NCBI GenBank assembly: GCA_028534125.1
Contig: CM052817.1
Span: 56,856,001 to 56,920,000 of the forward strand
Source of the DNA: Lama glama
Taxonomy: Eukaryota
DNA length: 64,000 bases
Direction: 5' to 3'
Positions 1 through 12,910 of the stretch are shown one piece after another (within the stretch, counting starts at the first letter, position 1; every line of letters starts with the position of its first letter). A program made the position numbers and the translations under genes. Under the pieces are notes generated by a model, which saw only the letters and a program-made list of their open reading frames with translations, searched no databases and had not been told where the DNA came from.

Positions 1-1599
1 AACACCAAGGATTCCCTACACAAAGGTTTTTAGTCAGGTCTTTTTGTGGATCGCTCTGAAACGCTTTTACAACAGAGTAGCCTGAGGCACAGAAAAGGAG
101 GCAGGACATGTTTTGATAACTCCAAAATAGCTTACAGGCCCAGAAGCAGAGCATCTAAATACCTACCCATTGGAAGTCATTAATTTAACAAGAGATATTT
201 ATGGCTGCTTGATCAGAGACTCACAAAGCTTATTGTGACCAATTGACTTGCACCATCATTGGCCATAAGGCCTCAAGTCTACTGTCATTCCTTGACCAGG
301 TATTTTCCTCTGATATACTCCAATGCAATGCGAAACCCATCCCAATGCCAAAATGTCTACATTGCTTTTATTGGTTTTAGTCATTACTGTACTGAACCCA
401 GTGCCATGCATAAAATGAGAATAATGTCTCCTTTGTTATAGCAATCAGACCTAGACCTGAGGTCAAGCTGAGGAACTGATACTGTACCATCGTACCCTCT
501 CACCAGACAAGCAGTACACACCTCCTCTCTTTTCTTTCATCCTTAAGCTGAGCACACAAAAGCCATCACACAGATCTACTCGCACAACTCAATGTCCGTG
601 GGTCTTCCACTGATACCCAAGAGGCATGGGGCTTCTCTGAAGCCTCCACTACCCTTCCCAGTACTGCTGCACTCCTACTCAGTTGGGAGTTAATTAACGA
701 AAGCTTTCAAGAAATGGATTTTGTACTAAATCCCAAAAGGCCAGAAATTAATGAACAGAAAAAGACAGAAGCCCAACTGCTCTAGACCTTAGAAACACCT
801 CCCATATAAGGCATTCTTCCCTGAAAGCTTTTGACAGGTAGAAAGTAGTACATTTAGCTCAACTGAATTGCTAATGTTTGAACAGATTCTCTTATACGCA
901 TTTCTAAGGTACTATATATTTTCTGCCAACCCAAAAGAATGTTCTTAAAAGGGTTTTAGAATAGGGTCACAGAAAGCAGTGGCCCATAGAAATAAGTTCA
1001 TATTTGCTCACATATATGGCTAAGGGAATGCATCACAGATCAATTGTGAATCTCATTATTAAGAAATTTCAGGCTGTCAGAACCTTAAAAGCCATATTTT
1101 CCCTATAACACACAGATGCATTTCCATTCACCTTTCTTATAAAGGTCTCCATTAGAAGAAAAAAAATTTGAATGACAATCCTAAAGAGAACTAGTCAACA
1201 CTTTTATTTTTCCATACGAGTTATCTTGAGAGCTTCTATCATATATTCCATTAAAATTGCTCTGTAAGGTATGCTATGTAAGGTAGGCCAGATAAACATG
1301 TATGTTAGCTTTCCTTGGACAATGAACACTACAAAGAGACAAAAAAAAAACCACTTCCGTTTTATTGCTTTTATTGTCAAAGGCTCCCAGGTAAATTAAG
1401 TGTTCTCCATAGTGGGTTGCTCATTCTAAGTAAACTTTCTTAGGAATATGGGCCCCCATTTAAGGTAGTGGTCTACTCCCTGAAGCAGCTGAAATAGTTT
1501 AAGCTTATCTCATCAATATTATTATCTTTGGTTTAACTATAGGGCAAAACATTAGGGGGCTTTTCAACCCATGTTCATCACACACAAGTAATATGGCTA

Positions 1600-1950
1600 T
1601 GATTCAAAACATAAATGCCTACAGAATCCAAGCAGCACAGGAAAGTGGGTGAGGATGATGGGGTGTAAGAGACAAAGCAATGTGGGAACTGTGAGGAAGG
1701 AATGAGGGCATATTCCATCATAAGGAGGCAGATGCTACTAAATTCTAGACACTTGTTGCTGTGAGGCAATGAGGACCCAGTGGAGGGAGGTGTGCCAATG
1801 TTTAAGATAAGCTGGAAATGTGAATATGTTTTGTCTGTCTATGGAATTTCTCAATTTAAAATGTTGGCTAAAAAACTTTTGAGACTCTTAGCCAAACACA
1901 TCATGCTTTCAGTGCAAATTCAGTCAAAGGGTTGCCAGTTAGTTGCACCC
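1600..1950 (+). mobile_element. MER102-like hAT-Charlie DNA transposon relic
   Basis: Ordered motifs aaatgcctacag...gggaactgtg...gaggacccagt...tttaaaatgttggc...ccaaacacatc...gccagtt match the recalled MER102 consensus. Confidence 0.55.
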
Positions 1951-1979
1951 TTTCTATGTTGATTGACCATATATCCAAG

Positions 1980-2804
1980 TGTAATGTTAATTTTATATGT
2001 CAACTTGGCTAGGTCACAGTACCCAGATACTTGGTGAAACATATCTGGATGTTGCTGAGAAGATATACTGCAGAAGAAATTAATATTTAAATATAAAGAC
2101 TCTGCATAAAGGAGATTACCCTCCGTAATGTGAGTGGGCCTCATCTAGTTGAAGGTCTTAATAGGAAAAGACTTCTCTCCCCAAAAGAGGAAATTTCTGC
2201 CACCGGATTGCCTTTGAACTTGAACTGCAACATCAATTCTTCACTGGGTTTTCAGCCTTTTGGGCTACCCTGAAGATTTTGGACTTGCCAACCTCTAAAA
2301 TGATGTGAGCCAATTCCTTAAAATCAATCTCTCTCTCTCTCTCTAGCTCTCTCTCCATATGTATATGGCTATATATAAATATATGTTGTTATAATTACAT
2401 ACAAAATGGAAACTGAACTTGAAAATTCCCTGAGCAGACAAAACCATTTTAGCCACATAAGCAAAACTTACTTTAGCTTCTGCAAAACAGGTGAAACTTA
2501 ACTTTGGTTATTTCTTGTAAATGCCTCTGATAATCATAAAATAAACTTAAGTCATCTTTCTTAAAAAATGGTATAAGATAATCACTTTTAACGAATCCCC
2601 TATCATCTGGAACTCTCCACTGTAAAAACCAATTATCACGAGTTAAACAACTTCCTCATAAACTGTTCTTATAGGCACAATAAACTCTTACTAAATACTA
2701 TTTATTGATTTGATGATTTTAATTTTACTATTTATGGATTTCTTGAATATATATATATATATATATATTCTATCATTTCTGTTTCTCTGGAGAACCCTAA
2801 TTCA
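1980..2804 (+). mobile_element. MLT2D-like ERVL solo LTR
   Basis: Starts tgtaatgttaattttatatgtcaacttggctagg; contains agattaccctccgtaatgtgagtgggcctcatc and (CT)n/(TA)n tracts; ends ttctgtttctctggagaaccctaattca. Confidence 0.8.
2385..2660 (+). mobile_element. ERV1 (MER4-group)-like LTR fragment nested in the TA tract of the MLT2 LTR
   Basis: ccctgagcagacaaaacca...gaaacttaactttggttatttcttgtaaatgcct interrupts the MLT2 sequence; subfamily not determined. Confidence 0.4.
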
Positions 2805-3187
2805 CCAGTTTTGTTTGCTTGCCTGGGACAATTTTATGCCTATTTTCTCAGGATAACTAAGTAGTAAGAGTTTTACTCTCAAAAGTTGTAAGTTTGGATA
2901 ATAAGTTACTTGACCACCCTAATTATACAGCTTTATCTCTGCCACCAAAAATGACTACATGCTAAATTCTACAAAGCAAAACCTAACCAGTCACTCTGCT
3001 CTAGCTCATTTGCCTCCTGGTACCTTCCTTCCAAACAGGTTATAATTGGTTTCAATAAAAGTTTCAGAAATATCACACTCATCCCTTCAACTCTCTCTTT
3101 CTCACCCTCTGTCTCTCTCCTCAAAACTAACAATTTGAAACATCTCTTATTTGAATTATCTTTCTTTTTTTATTCCTAATTTATATG

Positions 3188-3437
3188 GTTTTTTTTTTAA
3201 GATGAAGTACTGTTGGCTTACAATATTATATTAGTTTCAGGTGTATAACATAGCAATTTAACATTTTTTATAGATTACACTCCATATAAAGTTATTATAA
3301 AATACTGGTTATATTCCCTATGCTATACATTATATCCTTGTATCTTATTTATTTTGTATCAAGTAGTTTATACCTCTATAATTCCCTTGCCATTTGAGAT
3401 AACATAGATGGACCTGGAGAATATTATACTTAGTGAT
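3188..3437 (-). mobile_element. Short L1 3'-end copy with an inverted 5' piece
   Basis: Poly-T and L1 3'UTR on the minus strand (~3188-3387), followed by an ORF2 C-terminal piece in plus orientation (tgccatttgagataacatagatggacctggagaatattatacttagtga, ~3388-3437). Confidence 0.75.
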
Positions 3438-3599
3438 TTATGTTTTTAAATGGTAAACTACTTCAAATCATGTTCCTTTTATTCATTTCTCAATCTAACA
3501 TTACAAGACCCTTGACTCTTACTTTGTAAACTGCTCTTACCCAAGACTTTCTCTTGTTTTCCCCCTTTCCACTTTGTTTCTCACTTAAATCATTGTCTA

Positions 3600-3890
3600 A
3601 AAAGGATTATGGGAGTGGGAGGAACTTTGGTCTACATAATCATTCAAGGCCTCAACTACTTCTGTCTACCTATTCCAGCATCCCTAGGGTTTCCATAGAA
3701 TCCTCTATATCTGACTGGTAGGTAAGGGGAGAGAAATGACCTGAAGATTAGACCAAGCGCCTAGGTCCACATTCTGTTGGTCAGACCCAGATGACCCAAC
3801 TAACCAAAAGGAAGGCTGAGAAATATAGTTCAACTGTGTTCCAGGAAGAAAAGGAAGTAGAGCCTGGTGAACATATATAAGGGGCCACAG
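3600..3890 (-). mobile_element. Old MaLR LTR fragment (MLT1J/K/L-like)
   Basis: ccacattctgttggtcagacccag...aaggaaggctgagaaatatagtt...ccaggaagaaaaggaa motif series. Confidence 0.5.
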
Positions 3891-6800
3891 CTTGCCTTCA
3901 GTGTCTCTCTAAGATCAGTGGCATAATTATAAATTGCAATTTGGTAAATACTATGCTATGATGAGCATAGAAAAAGAAAAGTTACTGATTCCAGCCTAAA
4001 ATGAACATAGCATATATAAAGTTAGAAGCAATTGCTTAGGGTTATAAGCCTAAGAAAAAAGCCTTGCAATATTAATGAGAAACCAAGCTTCTTCAAATTC
4101 TCTTAATGAAATCATATCATTAGTAATTATCTCCTCAAATCTGTCCTGAACACTAGTTCTAAAGGTCAAATTCTGAGATTCTGACAGGCTGCTTAAATTC
4201 TGAGAAATTTATTTTAAGAGTTAAATTCATTAAATTTCACCCAGTATAAATAAAACAAACTTTATGCTTCCTCATTCAATACATCTCATTAGCTTAAATA
4301 AGAATTTTTAATTCATTTTTTGTTTTCCTGATTGTTTGCTTGCCTTTACTTATATCAATTCTCTTTTGTTATTCCTAGTGTCTGTGTTATTCAATGGGAC
4401 TGGCAGGATACAGATTTCATCTGTCTTTCATATGTTGAGAGAGAAAAAGGCAATAAACAGTTTTGGAAAAACAGTCAAAACAGATTTTTAGTAGAAGCAA
4501 AGCACTTTGTCCTCCAACTCATTTTTTCTGTCTGTTAAATTTCCTCAGTCTAATTACAGAGCAAAGGGGTAAGGAAAGCTTCCAGTTCTCTTCACTAACT
4601 CCCACCTCAAATCTGCTCACATAGAAGGCAAGATGTGAGAAATGGGTCAGATTTGCTGATATTTTATTGGATCACAGTTTCAAGAGGCAGACTGGGGGGA
4701 TTTTGATGTTGCCACGTGAAAGTTGGATTCTACATGGCAGACATTCTCTTTGGATGCTCTTCCTTCCACAAGGCTAGAGAAGAAAGACTGGGTGTAGGGA
4801 CTGGTCTTCAACCATTAAGGTTCACTTTCTCTGTCTTCATCAAGCACTAATGTTTTTGAACTCCTTTTCTTGCTGGCTGTCATATTCTAAACTAATTTTT
4901 TTTATCATCACTGGAATGTTAAATCACAGGCTTAGACATGAAATTAGGGGGAAAAAATAGAGTAGATCTTTCTACCTGTTGGTTAAATTGAGTCCTCCCA
5001 TTGGCCTTGACTAAGATTGAGTCTGAAGCTTAAGAGTAATAAAATATGTGACCCAGCCTATTTTTGTCCATCAAGAATCATGAGCATGGTGAGTGACAGT
5101 CACAGAACAGAATCAGTGGTTTAGAATTCTGAGTTTTTGACATCACTTAGTAGTATATTATATTTATAAAAATATCTATTTTAATTTTTAACAAAAACTT
5201 CAAGGACTACTTTCCAGATATTGATGATATGATGAAAGGAAGAAAATCTGCCCTAAGGATGATGGTCAGCAGAAAAAAAGTGTATAGCACAGCTTTACAA
5301 CATTAACCTCTAGAACAGATCTTTGTGTAAATTTCACAAAACTCCCTACTTATGCAAAATTACATTTACAAATTAGTTTGGCTACAATTTTTACATTTAA
5401 ATTTATAAAGCCTGTTTCAACATCCATCTATCACATACTTAAGGCATATTCCATCCCACAAGTACCTGAAAGTCCCCAGGAAAGTAGCTTTGGTTTCAAA
5501 ATGAAATTGATGGAGCAGCATATTTTTTGCTCACCATTGCCTCTTTCCCAATGTCACTCAATTCCCAAGTGATAAATGTAAACTGATTTTAATCACTATA
5601 GTCAAATGGGCACATACTTCAAGAAACTTCAAGCAACTTATTAAACTATAAAATAAAAAAAGCTGGAATTTTCCATAGAGATCATTTGTCTACTCAGCTC
5701 TTTTAATGGAGATAGTATAAATTTTTAACCTTCAAATTTTGAGGTTGGAAATTTTTTACCTCTTTGGCAGTTAGGAATATATTAAAAACCATCACAAATG
5801 AAGAATTTGGGTACTGAAAGAGATAAAGACCAAAACATAGAAGGTCTGAGAAAAAACTGATACAAAATAATGATGTATGACAACTACACCATTGTTTGAG
5901 AGTTTAACTATGGAAAGAAAAGTTAGAGACCAATGGCAGGTAGAGACTGTAAGATGCCTCAGAATTGGGTGGAGAAGATAATAAAGAAATTTATGTTTTA
6001 GGGTAAATGCTGGTGGAACATAAGCATTTGAAGAAGAAATTTAACTTCAGTTTTATACAAATGAATATATTTTTAACAAAAAGAAACACCAAAAATTTGC
6101 TACTTTGGACTTACAATGTTGTATCTGTCAAATGGTTCTTGCTGGAAAATGTTTCTAATAACTTAAAATCATCAAATCTCCCATGTACATTCAGAGCCTG
6201 AGGCATAAGACAAAATCTTAGGCAAAACCCTCCCTCTACAATTTGAGATTCTGGAGGTGAAAATTCTTCTATGCTATTTGGACAGGTGCAAAGAAAGCAT
6301 TGTCTGAACTTAAGCAAACAAATGAAAGTATAACAATATTCTAATCCTTTGAAAGCTGAGGTTGTTCCTACTTCTGCTGGCATGCAGGAACACTGGAGGA
6401 AAATGGCATCAACCTGTACTTTTTCTACTTCTTGGCATCCATGTTGCATCACTGTGCCTCTGCACCAGCAATCACCGGCAGGCAGCAAAGGCCTTTATGG
6501 TTTAATATTTATGCTCATCTGAGATGCTCTGAGTGAAAAAAAGGCAACCCTTCACCCCTTGAAAAATAGTCATTCATTTTAACTAACATGATCATTATCC
6601 CTGAGAGCCAGGTCACTGAATATAACAAATTTAAAACTGAAGAGAAAAAGGGCACTGCAATGCCTGCTTTCCAGCACACCAATGTTTTTAAAGTAATGCA
6701 AATGCCAGTATAATATTGTAGCACACTCAAAGGTATATATGTAAGTGGAATGGACTTTCTAAATAGACTTGCTCCTAAGTATTTCTTACATTGAGTTGAT

Positions 6801-7889
6801 CATTTTGGTTCCATTTGCTACTGGTGTTTTGTTCTAATTTCTAGCAGTCAAGAAACATTCTCAGCAAAAAAGTATATAAATCTTGTTCTTATTAGTTTGA
6901 ACACAGCTCTTGAACTGAGTTAGTGTTTTTCACTCATATGAATGTCAGCCTGTGAAAGAAATGACTACGCTTTTGTGAGATGCAATTTTTAATGTCAAGT
7001 CCAGGAATTAGCTGTGATTTAAAAAAAAAAGTGTTGTAATATAAATAAATGTGAATCACAAACCCAAAAAGACCTACAAACAACTCACAGGGAAACAAAG
7101 AAAAAGGAAAAGAGACAACTTATAGGAAACTTTGATTTCAAGTTACAAGAGAGTTTAGGTTATTGTTCAGTGTATTTAAAACAATATTGACAGATTAATG
7201 CAAATAAAGATACATTCATACTCATCAACACTGCTCTGTATTTTTTAATTTATTTTCTTGGCCCTACATTTGTAATCTTAGGGAACTACAAATTATAATT
7301 ACCTAGTACTTTCTCTCAAAGAGTTGAATATTCAGGAGACACGAAAGACATTTAGTTACAAATATATAATCATAGGTACATAACCATAGGAAATTTTCAG
7401 TAAATGCAGTTTAGAGCTTTTTTCAACACCCTTTATTCTGGTAAGTTTAAATGAAAATGTAAAATAAAAGATGAATTCAGGAAACCATTTTCCAAAGTGG
7501 ATCACACTGGATATCAGTTATTTTCTTTGGAAAAATTGGGCAATCTGAATCAGTCAAGAGATGTGGGATAGGATCTCTGCCCTACCACATCCTAGCATTG
7601 GCTCTAGACAAGACTCTTCATCTTCATGAGCTGTAATTCCTCAATCCTTTAATTGGGGATATGTTCATTTCCATGATTTCACCTTCCTAGTTAATAATAA
7701 AGGTACAATAGTAAGTATAAATTAAATTTACTGAGCACTAACTATGTACCAGATACTCTTCTAAGCATTTTACATATATTAATTTCTATAATACTCTTAA
7801 TAACCCTAGGTATATCTTATATATGTTATACATTGTAATATATAGTAACTATTACATATGACATATTGTATATTAATATGATCATCATC

Positions 7890-9180
7890 AGGGAGATTAA
7901 GGAGAGAAAGCAGATCATATAAAGTCTTATAAGGACTTTAAATTTCTCTCTGGGTGAGACTGGGAATGATTTGGAGAGTTTTGGTTAGAGGAGGGACATG
8001 AGCTGACTTTCTCTTTAAAAGGTTCAGAGTGCTTATAACCAAGAAGACAAGAGATAAGTGTTGGCAAAGATATGGAGGAAAGGGGACACTTATACTCTGC
8101 TGGTGAGAATGCAAATTGGTGCAGCCACTACGGAAAACAGTACAGACATTCCTCAAAAAATTTAAAATAGAACTACCATGTGATCCATCAATTCCACTTC
8201 TGGGTTATAACCAAAGGAAATAAAACAATATTGAAGAGATATATGCACTCCATATTTATTGCAGCTTTATTCACAATAGTCAAGACAGAGAAACAACTTA
8301 AGTGCCTGTCAATGAATAAATAAATCAAGAGTAATTTTGCCATGAGAAAAAAAGGAAATCTTGCCATTTGCAACAGCATGGATGGAACTTTAGGGCATTA
8401 TGTGTGATAAGCATACAGAGAAAGACAAATATTGTACAGTATCATTTACATGTGGAATCTAAAAAATCTGAACTATAAAAATAGAGAGTAGAATGGTGGT
8501 TACCAGGGGCCTGGAGTGGAGTGGAATTGGGGAGATGTTGTGTAAGAATACAAACTTGCAATCAGTTGATAAATAAGCCCTGGAAATCTAAAGCACAACA
8601 TAGTGATTACTGACAACAATACTGTATTATAAACTTCAAAGCTGCTAAGAGACTAGATCTTAACTGTTCCCATTATAGAATGGAAATAATAATTATGTGA
8701 CTTGATACAGTTGTTAGCTAATGCTACTGTGGTAATCATACTGCAATATATGAAAGTATCAAATCAACTGTTACATACCTTCAATTTATACAATGCTATA
8801 TGTCAATTATATCTCAATAAAAATAATAAAAGAAAAGGCTCACTCTGGCTGCTGTGTTGGAAATATATTACTGAGGGCAGTAGTAAAAGCAGAGAGCTCA
8901 GTGAAGTGGCTTGATGATAATTCAGGTGAGAGATGATGGGGGCCAGCACCAGAGGGCAGCAGTAGAGGGGGAGAGAATGTCTGGATTCTGATTGTATTTC
9001 AGAAGTTGAGTCAGTGAGATTTCCTGATGTATCAAATGTGGGATGAGGAAGAAAAAAGGAAAAACTGAGGATGCCGAAGGTTTTGGCTCAAATACTTGGG
9101 AGGATGGAACTGCCATTTACTGAGGTGTAGAATATTGTGGCGGGGGCAGATTTGAGAGGGAAAATCAGGAGTTCATGCTT
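7890..9180 (-). mobile_element. L2 LINE fragment interrupted by an L1
   Basis: gacatgagctgacttt...aaaagg[L1]ctcactctggctgctgtg, caggtgagagatgatgg and ggttttggctcaaatacttgggaggatggaactgccatttactgag are typical antisense L2 motifs. Confidence 0.7.
8027..8832 (+). mobile_element. 5'-truncated L1 (L1MA8/9-like 3' end)
   Basis: ORF2 C-terminal and 3'UTR sequence with aataaa and A-tail; TSD aaaaggttca (8017-8026) / aaaaggctca (8833-8842), preceded by TTT/AAAA endonuclease site. Confidence 0.9.
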
Positions 9181-10471
9181 ATATACCCATGAACTGTCAC
9201 TTCATCGTCATTCAGCAGGGCACCAGCAGCTCTACAGTGGCAGTTTTGGAGCGTGTAGGTGCCACTATTGCTGCACTTGGCAAAATGGCACCTGGAAGCC
9301 AGTAAGAGTACGTGCAGCTATTCCTCTAACCTACTGTTCTTTCAGGCTACACCATCCCTTCCTCACTCTTCACTCTGGCTCTGGTTGACACACTCAGCAC
9401 CCATGGGTCATAACTCCCCACCTGGGAAAAGTGGCTCCATGCTGGCAAAGCTGCGATTCAGGGGCAGCTCCACTACGCACTGGTATGTGTAGCAAAATGG
9501 GGCAGAGAGAGAAGGGGAAAAGCCATTCTCTTCCTTTGCATCATCATACATATATATTTTAAAGAGCTCAATAGTGGTGTTATTTGTGCTCCAAAATTCA
9601 GTTTCCCAAAATAGCTCCTCAGATTAGACTTACTTTCACTCCTTTCTCTAGGATCAAATATTCTCTGGAGACTGAACTAAAAACATATTTGATTAAGAGC
9701 CTCAAGCTTTGCTAAAATCATGATTATTAGGCCTGATTTTGGGTCAAATGCAGCTGTTCCCTACTTACCCACTAATTATAAATATCCCTATAACTAGGTA
9801 AGGTTAAACCCCAGCAGTGCAAATCAAGTCCTTTCCCAGAAGCATCTTCACCCCCAAAATGCAAACAGACTTTCCTTGGATTTGTGTTATCAGTTTTCCA
9901 GGCATGGGCAAATGTGTTTAAATTCCATCAACTGATTAATACAAGACTCACCATATAATTTTCACTCTAGTGTCTTAGCTCTTTAATCCTCATTTTACAG
10001 ATGAAACTGTGTCAGATCTGAGATTTAAACCCAGGCCTTTTTGACTTCAAGACTCATGAGTTTAATCACAAAACCAATTAGAAAAGCAAAGATCAAGAAA
10101 GATTGGGGATTATGTGGGCAGAAATGGCAGGAAATGAAGTGTATCAGTTCTCTCATCTGATTAAAACTTACAGTATTATCCTTGAATTAGACAATTAAAG
10201 CTTCAGGTGTGAATGTTTAGAAAACATTACAATAATCAGTAAAACTGAGTTTAAGATGATATTTTCCACATTACTGGAGAAAATTAAGGAATGTAGTATT
10301 TAGGGGCATGATCTTTATAGGCAGACATGCTGGGATAGAATTCTAATGTCTCTCCTCACTAATGGTGCAATCTTGGACACATCATTTACCTTGTTGAGCC
10401 ATAAAAGAACAAAGTCTTTCATCTGACTTACAAAATAGAATGTAATACTGCACATAAGAAATATACCTTTA

Positions 10472-10632
10472 GGGGGAGGGTATAGCTCAAGTGGTAGAGA
10501 GCACGTTTAGCATGCATGAGGTCCTGGGTTCAATCCACAGTACCTCCTCTAAAACTAAATAGATATATAAACCTAACTACCACTCCCCAAAAAATAAAAT
10601 AAAAAATAAAAACTTCGAAAAAGCGGAAAAAA
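10472..10632 (+). mobile_element. tRNA-Ala-derived SINE (camelid Vic-1-like)
   Basis: Head gggggagggtatagctcaagtggtagag...ttagcatgcatgaggtcctgggttcaatcc with A box (10483-10494) and B box (10527-10536); A-rich tail; 16-bp TSD aagaaatataccttta (10456-10471) / aggaaatatacctcta (10633-10648). Confidence 0.9.
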
Positions 10633-10729
10633 AGGAAATATACCTCTAAAACGTAGAGTAAAATTTAGGCAAATACCAAACAAAAGTCAGGGCTGGCAAA
10701 AAAAAAAAAAAAAGACTTCAGGCAAAAAT

Positions 10730-11620
10730 GTGTAATTATATAACAGGACCTTTCTGGTTAACCCCAAACTGACAGAATCAAAAGCTAAAGCAGTAAGATA
10801 AGACATCCACTACATTCCAGAATAAGGAAAGAGCAGGAGCCAAACACTGTTTCCAGAACCTATTATGAGAGGGAATGAAACTGATTTGCTGCTCTCAGCT
10901 ATCATCCCAACCAATCTATTCCCCAGCCCTGTCAGTAGGTATGAACAAAAGCCAGAGAAGAAGTAAAGGAAGGAGAGTGAGAGAGAAAAAGAAAAAGAGA
11001 GAGACAGAGATAGAATAAGGGAGAAAGAGAGAAAATTATCATTTCCTGAAATTAAGTAAGGGAATCACTACAAGGAAACATTGTGCAGTGGATTGGCTGA
11101 GCTGTCAGAGCCTCACATTTACCCCCAAAGCCTATGTGATTGAAAGAAAATTAGATAAAAGGAGCAGAGTAGAGAGATGCAGTAGAGCAGCCTGCACATC
11201 CACCTCATGTCAAATGAGAGAATGTGAGTTTCCAGCAAGTCCAATGGGCACCACAGAAGGCAGCACAGACTGAGTTGTCTTGAAGGTACTTCTGAAGAGG
11301 GCCACCTGCTGGGCAAACACGTTCAACAGCAAGAGACAATGGATGTATTGATGGGACAGAAAGGAGGGAGATTTGAAACAGTCTGAGCTAGAACTTCTCT
11401 CCCATATGAGTAACTTGTACAATGCATAGGCTTTTAATATCATTGACCAGAAAGGTCTTTCTGGGACTGCTACAGGACCTACTTGAGATAGCAATATCAT
11501 TAAATGTCATCAGGAAAAGAGAGATTCAAGAGAACATGACTAAAGTCAATGACTGGAGAAAACAAAATCATTTTCTTCATACTTCATGGAGCTTAGCCTA
11601 TTCAATCACTGTAACTAGTT
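10730..11620. mobile_element. Possible ancient solo LTR, family unresolved
   Basis: Purine-rich block with an internal GA tract and composition resembling old Gypsy/ERVL LTRs; no termini confirmed. Confidence 0.25.
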
Positions 11621-11729
11621 TCAAAGGTAGTACAGAGAGTGGGCTTAAACTGATTAAAAATCTCACACACAGTGAAGATGGGCTAATCATGAACCTCTAG
11701 GTACTGAATGTAATAGTATCAAAATGCCA

Positions 11730-11970
11730 CAAGCAAAAATGGACTCTGGGGCCGGATTGCATAGGTTGGAATTCTGATAAGTAACACTGAGCAAGTTATT
11801 TAAATTCTCTGTCCCTTCATTTCATAATCTGAAAAGTGGACTTAATAATAGGACCTTCCTCATTAGGTTTTTGTGAGGATCAAAGTATATAATATAACAA
11901 GTACTTCAAACAGTACTAAACACATAGAAAGTACTACATACATGCTAGCCAGCAGCAGCAGCATTATTAT
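11730..11970 (+). mobile_element. MIR SINE
   Basis: tggactctggggcc...gagcaagttatttaaattctctgtccc...ataataggaccttcctcattaggtttttgtgaggat core. Confidence 0.65.
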
Positions 11971-11999
11971 TAATGCTAGGAGAAATAGAAACACATTTG

Positions 12000-12910
12000 T
12001 GGGTGGAAATGTGAATAGAGCATTCTCAATTTTTAATAACTGAAAAAGAATCTAGATAAAAAATAAATAATAAATATTTGCATGGTTAGAAAAATATTAA
12101 TTACCATCTCAGGAAAAAATAGTAATAAAGAAATAAAAAAGTAAAAATATGAGTTACAAAGGTCTTGTGCCTTCCTATATAAAAAGCACAGTAGATACAA
12201 AAGGAATAAAACATCAAAAGAAAACAGAGTTAACAAAATGCAAATATACTGTATATATTTAAAATTGTCAATATCATTATACTCAAGAATAAACAAAAAC
12301 TGAATAAAGGGGGACTTTTAAATTGAACAAATTATTAAAAATTGAAAATTATAATCAATGTTAGCTCAATCACTAGGTAAAAGGCACCCTCATGCAAGGC
12401 TGTATAAATTGGTGCAAACCTTTTGAAAGCAATTGGTTATATTAGCCAAAGAGATTTCAAAATGTCCTTGCCCTTGGAATTGAAAATTACATTCTTAAAT
12501 TATGCAAAGGAAATATAGTGAAATACAGAAAATGTATAGACAAAGGTATTTAATGTAGCATTATTTAGAAAAAATATATATATATATTTTGAATGCCCAT
12601 GAATAATGTATACTTAGGTATTGAAGTACATGGATCTGACTATCAAGTAGTCATTTAAAATTAAGTTTTTGTTAAATGTGATTAGAAATTTCTGTGTTCA
12701 AATAAGCGAAAAGAAAAGGATATAAAGTTAGACAAAAATAATATCTTAATTATGCAAATAACATACTAGCAAAATAAAGAGTAATATAAAGTGAATGCAC
12801 AAAAATGTCAATAGTGATTATTTCAAGTATGTGAATCATTTTTTTCCTTAATTCTAATTTTGGTAATTTTAGTTCTCAATAGTGGGTATACATTACTTAT
12901 AACCAGAATT
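12000..12910 (+). mobile_element. Highly decayed old L1 (L1ME-like) 3' region
   Basis: tgtataaattggtgcaaacctttttgaaagcaattgg and cattacttataaccagaa motifs. Confidence 0.5.

Larger units (their letters stand above)
1958..2922 (-). mobile_element. MER94-like hAT element split by an MLT2 LTR (pieces ~1958-1979 and ~2808-2922)
   Basis: Reverse complement of 2808-2922 reads ttagggtggtca...ttatccaaac...cttttgagagtaaaa...tgtcccaggcaa; the remaining end (tgaccatatatcc) lies left of the LTR. Confidence 0.45.

Noticed and set aside
6111..6488. 125-aa minus-strand ORF
   Set aside because: Non-ATG start, no recognisable homology and no convincing splice sites; the length is compatible with chance.
10472..10548. 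Apparent tRNA-Ala(AGC) gene
   Set aside because: Stem mismatches, an A-rich tail, no T-run terminator and a flanking TSD show it is a SINE head.
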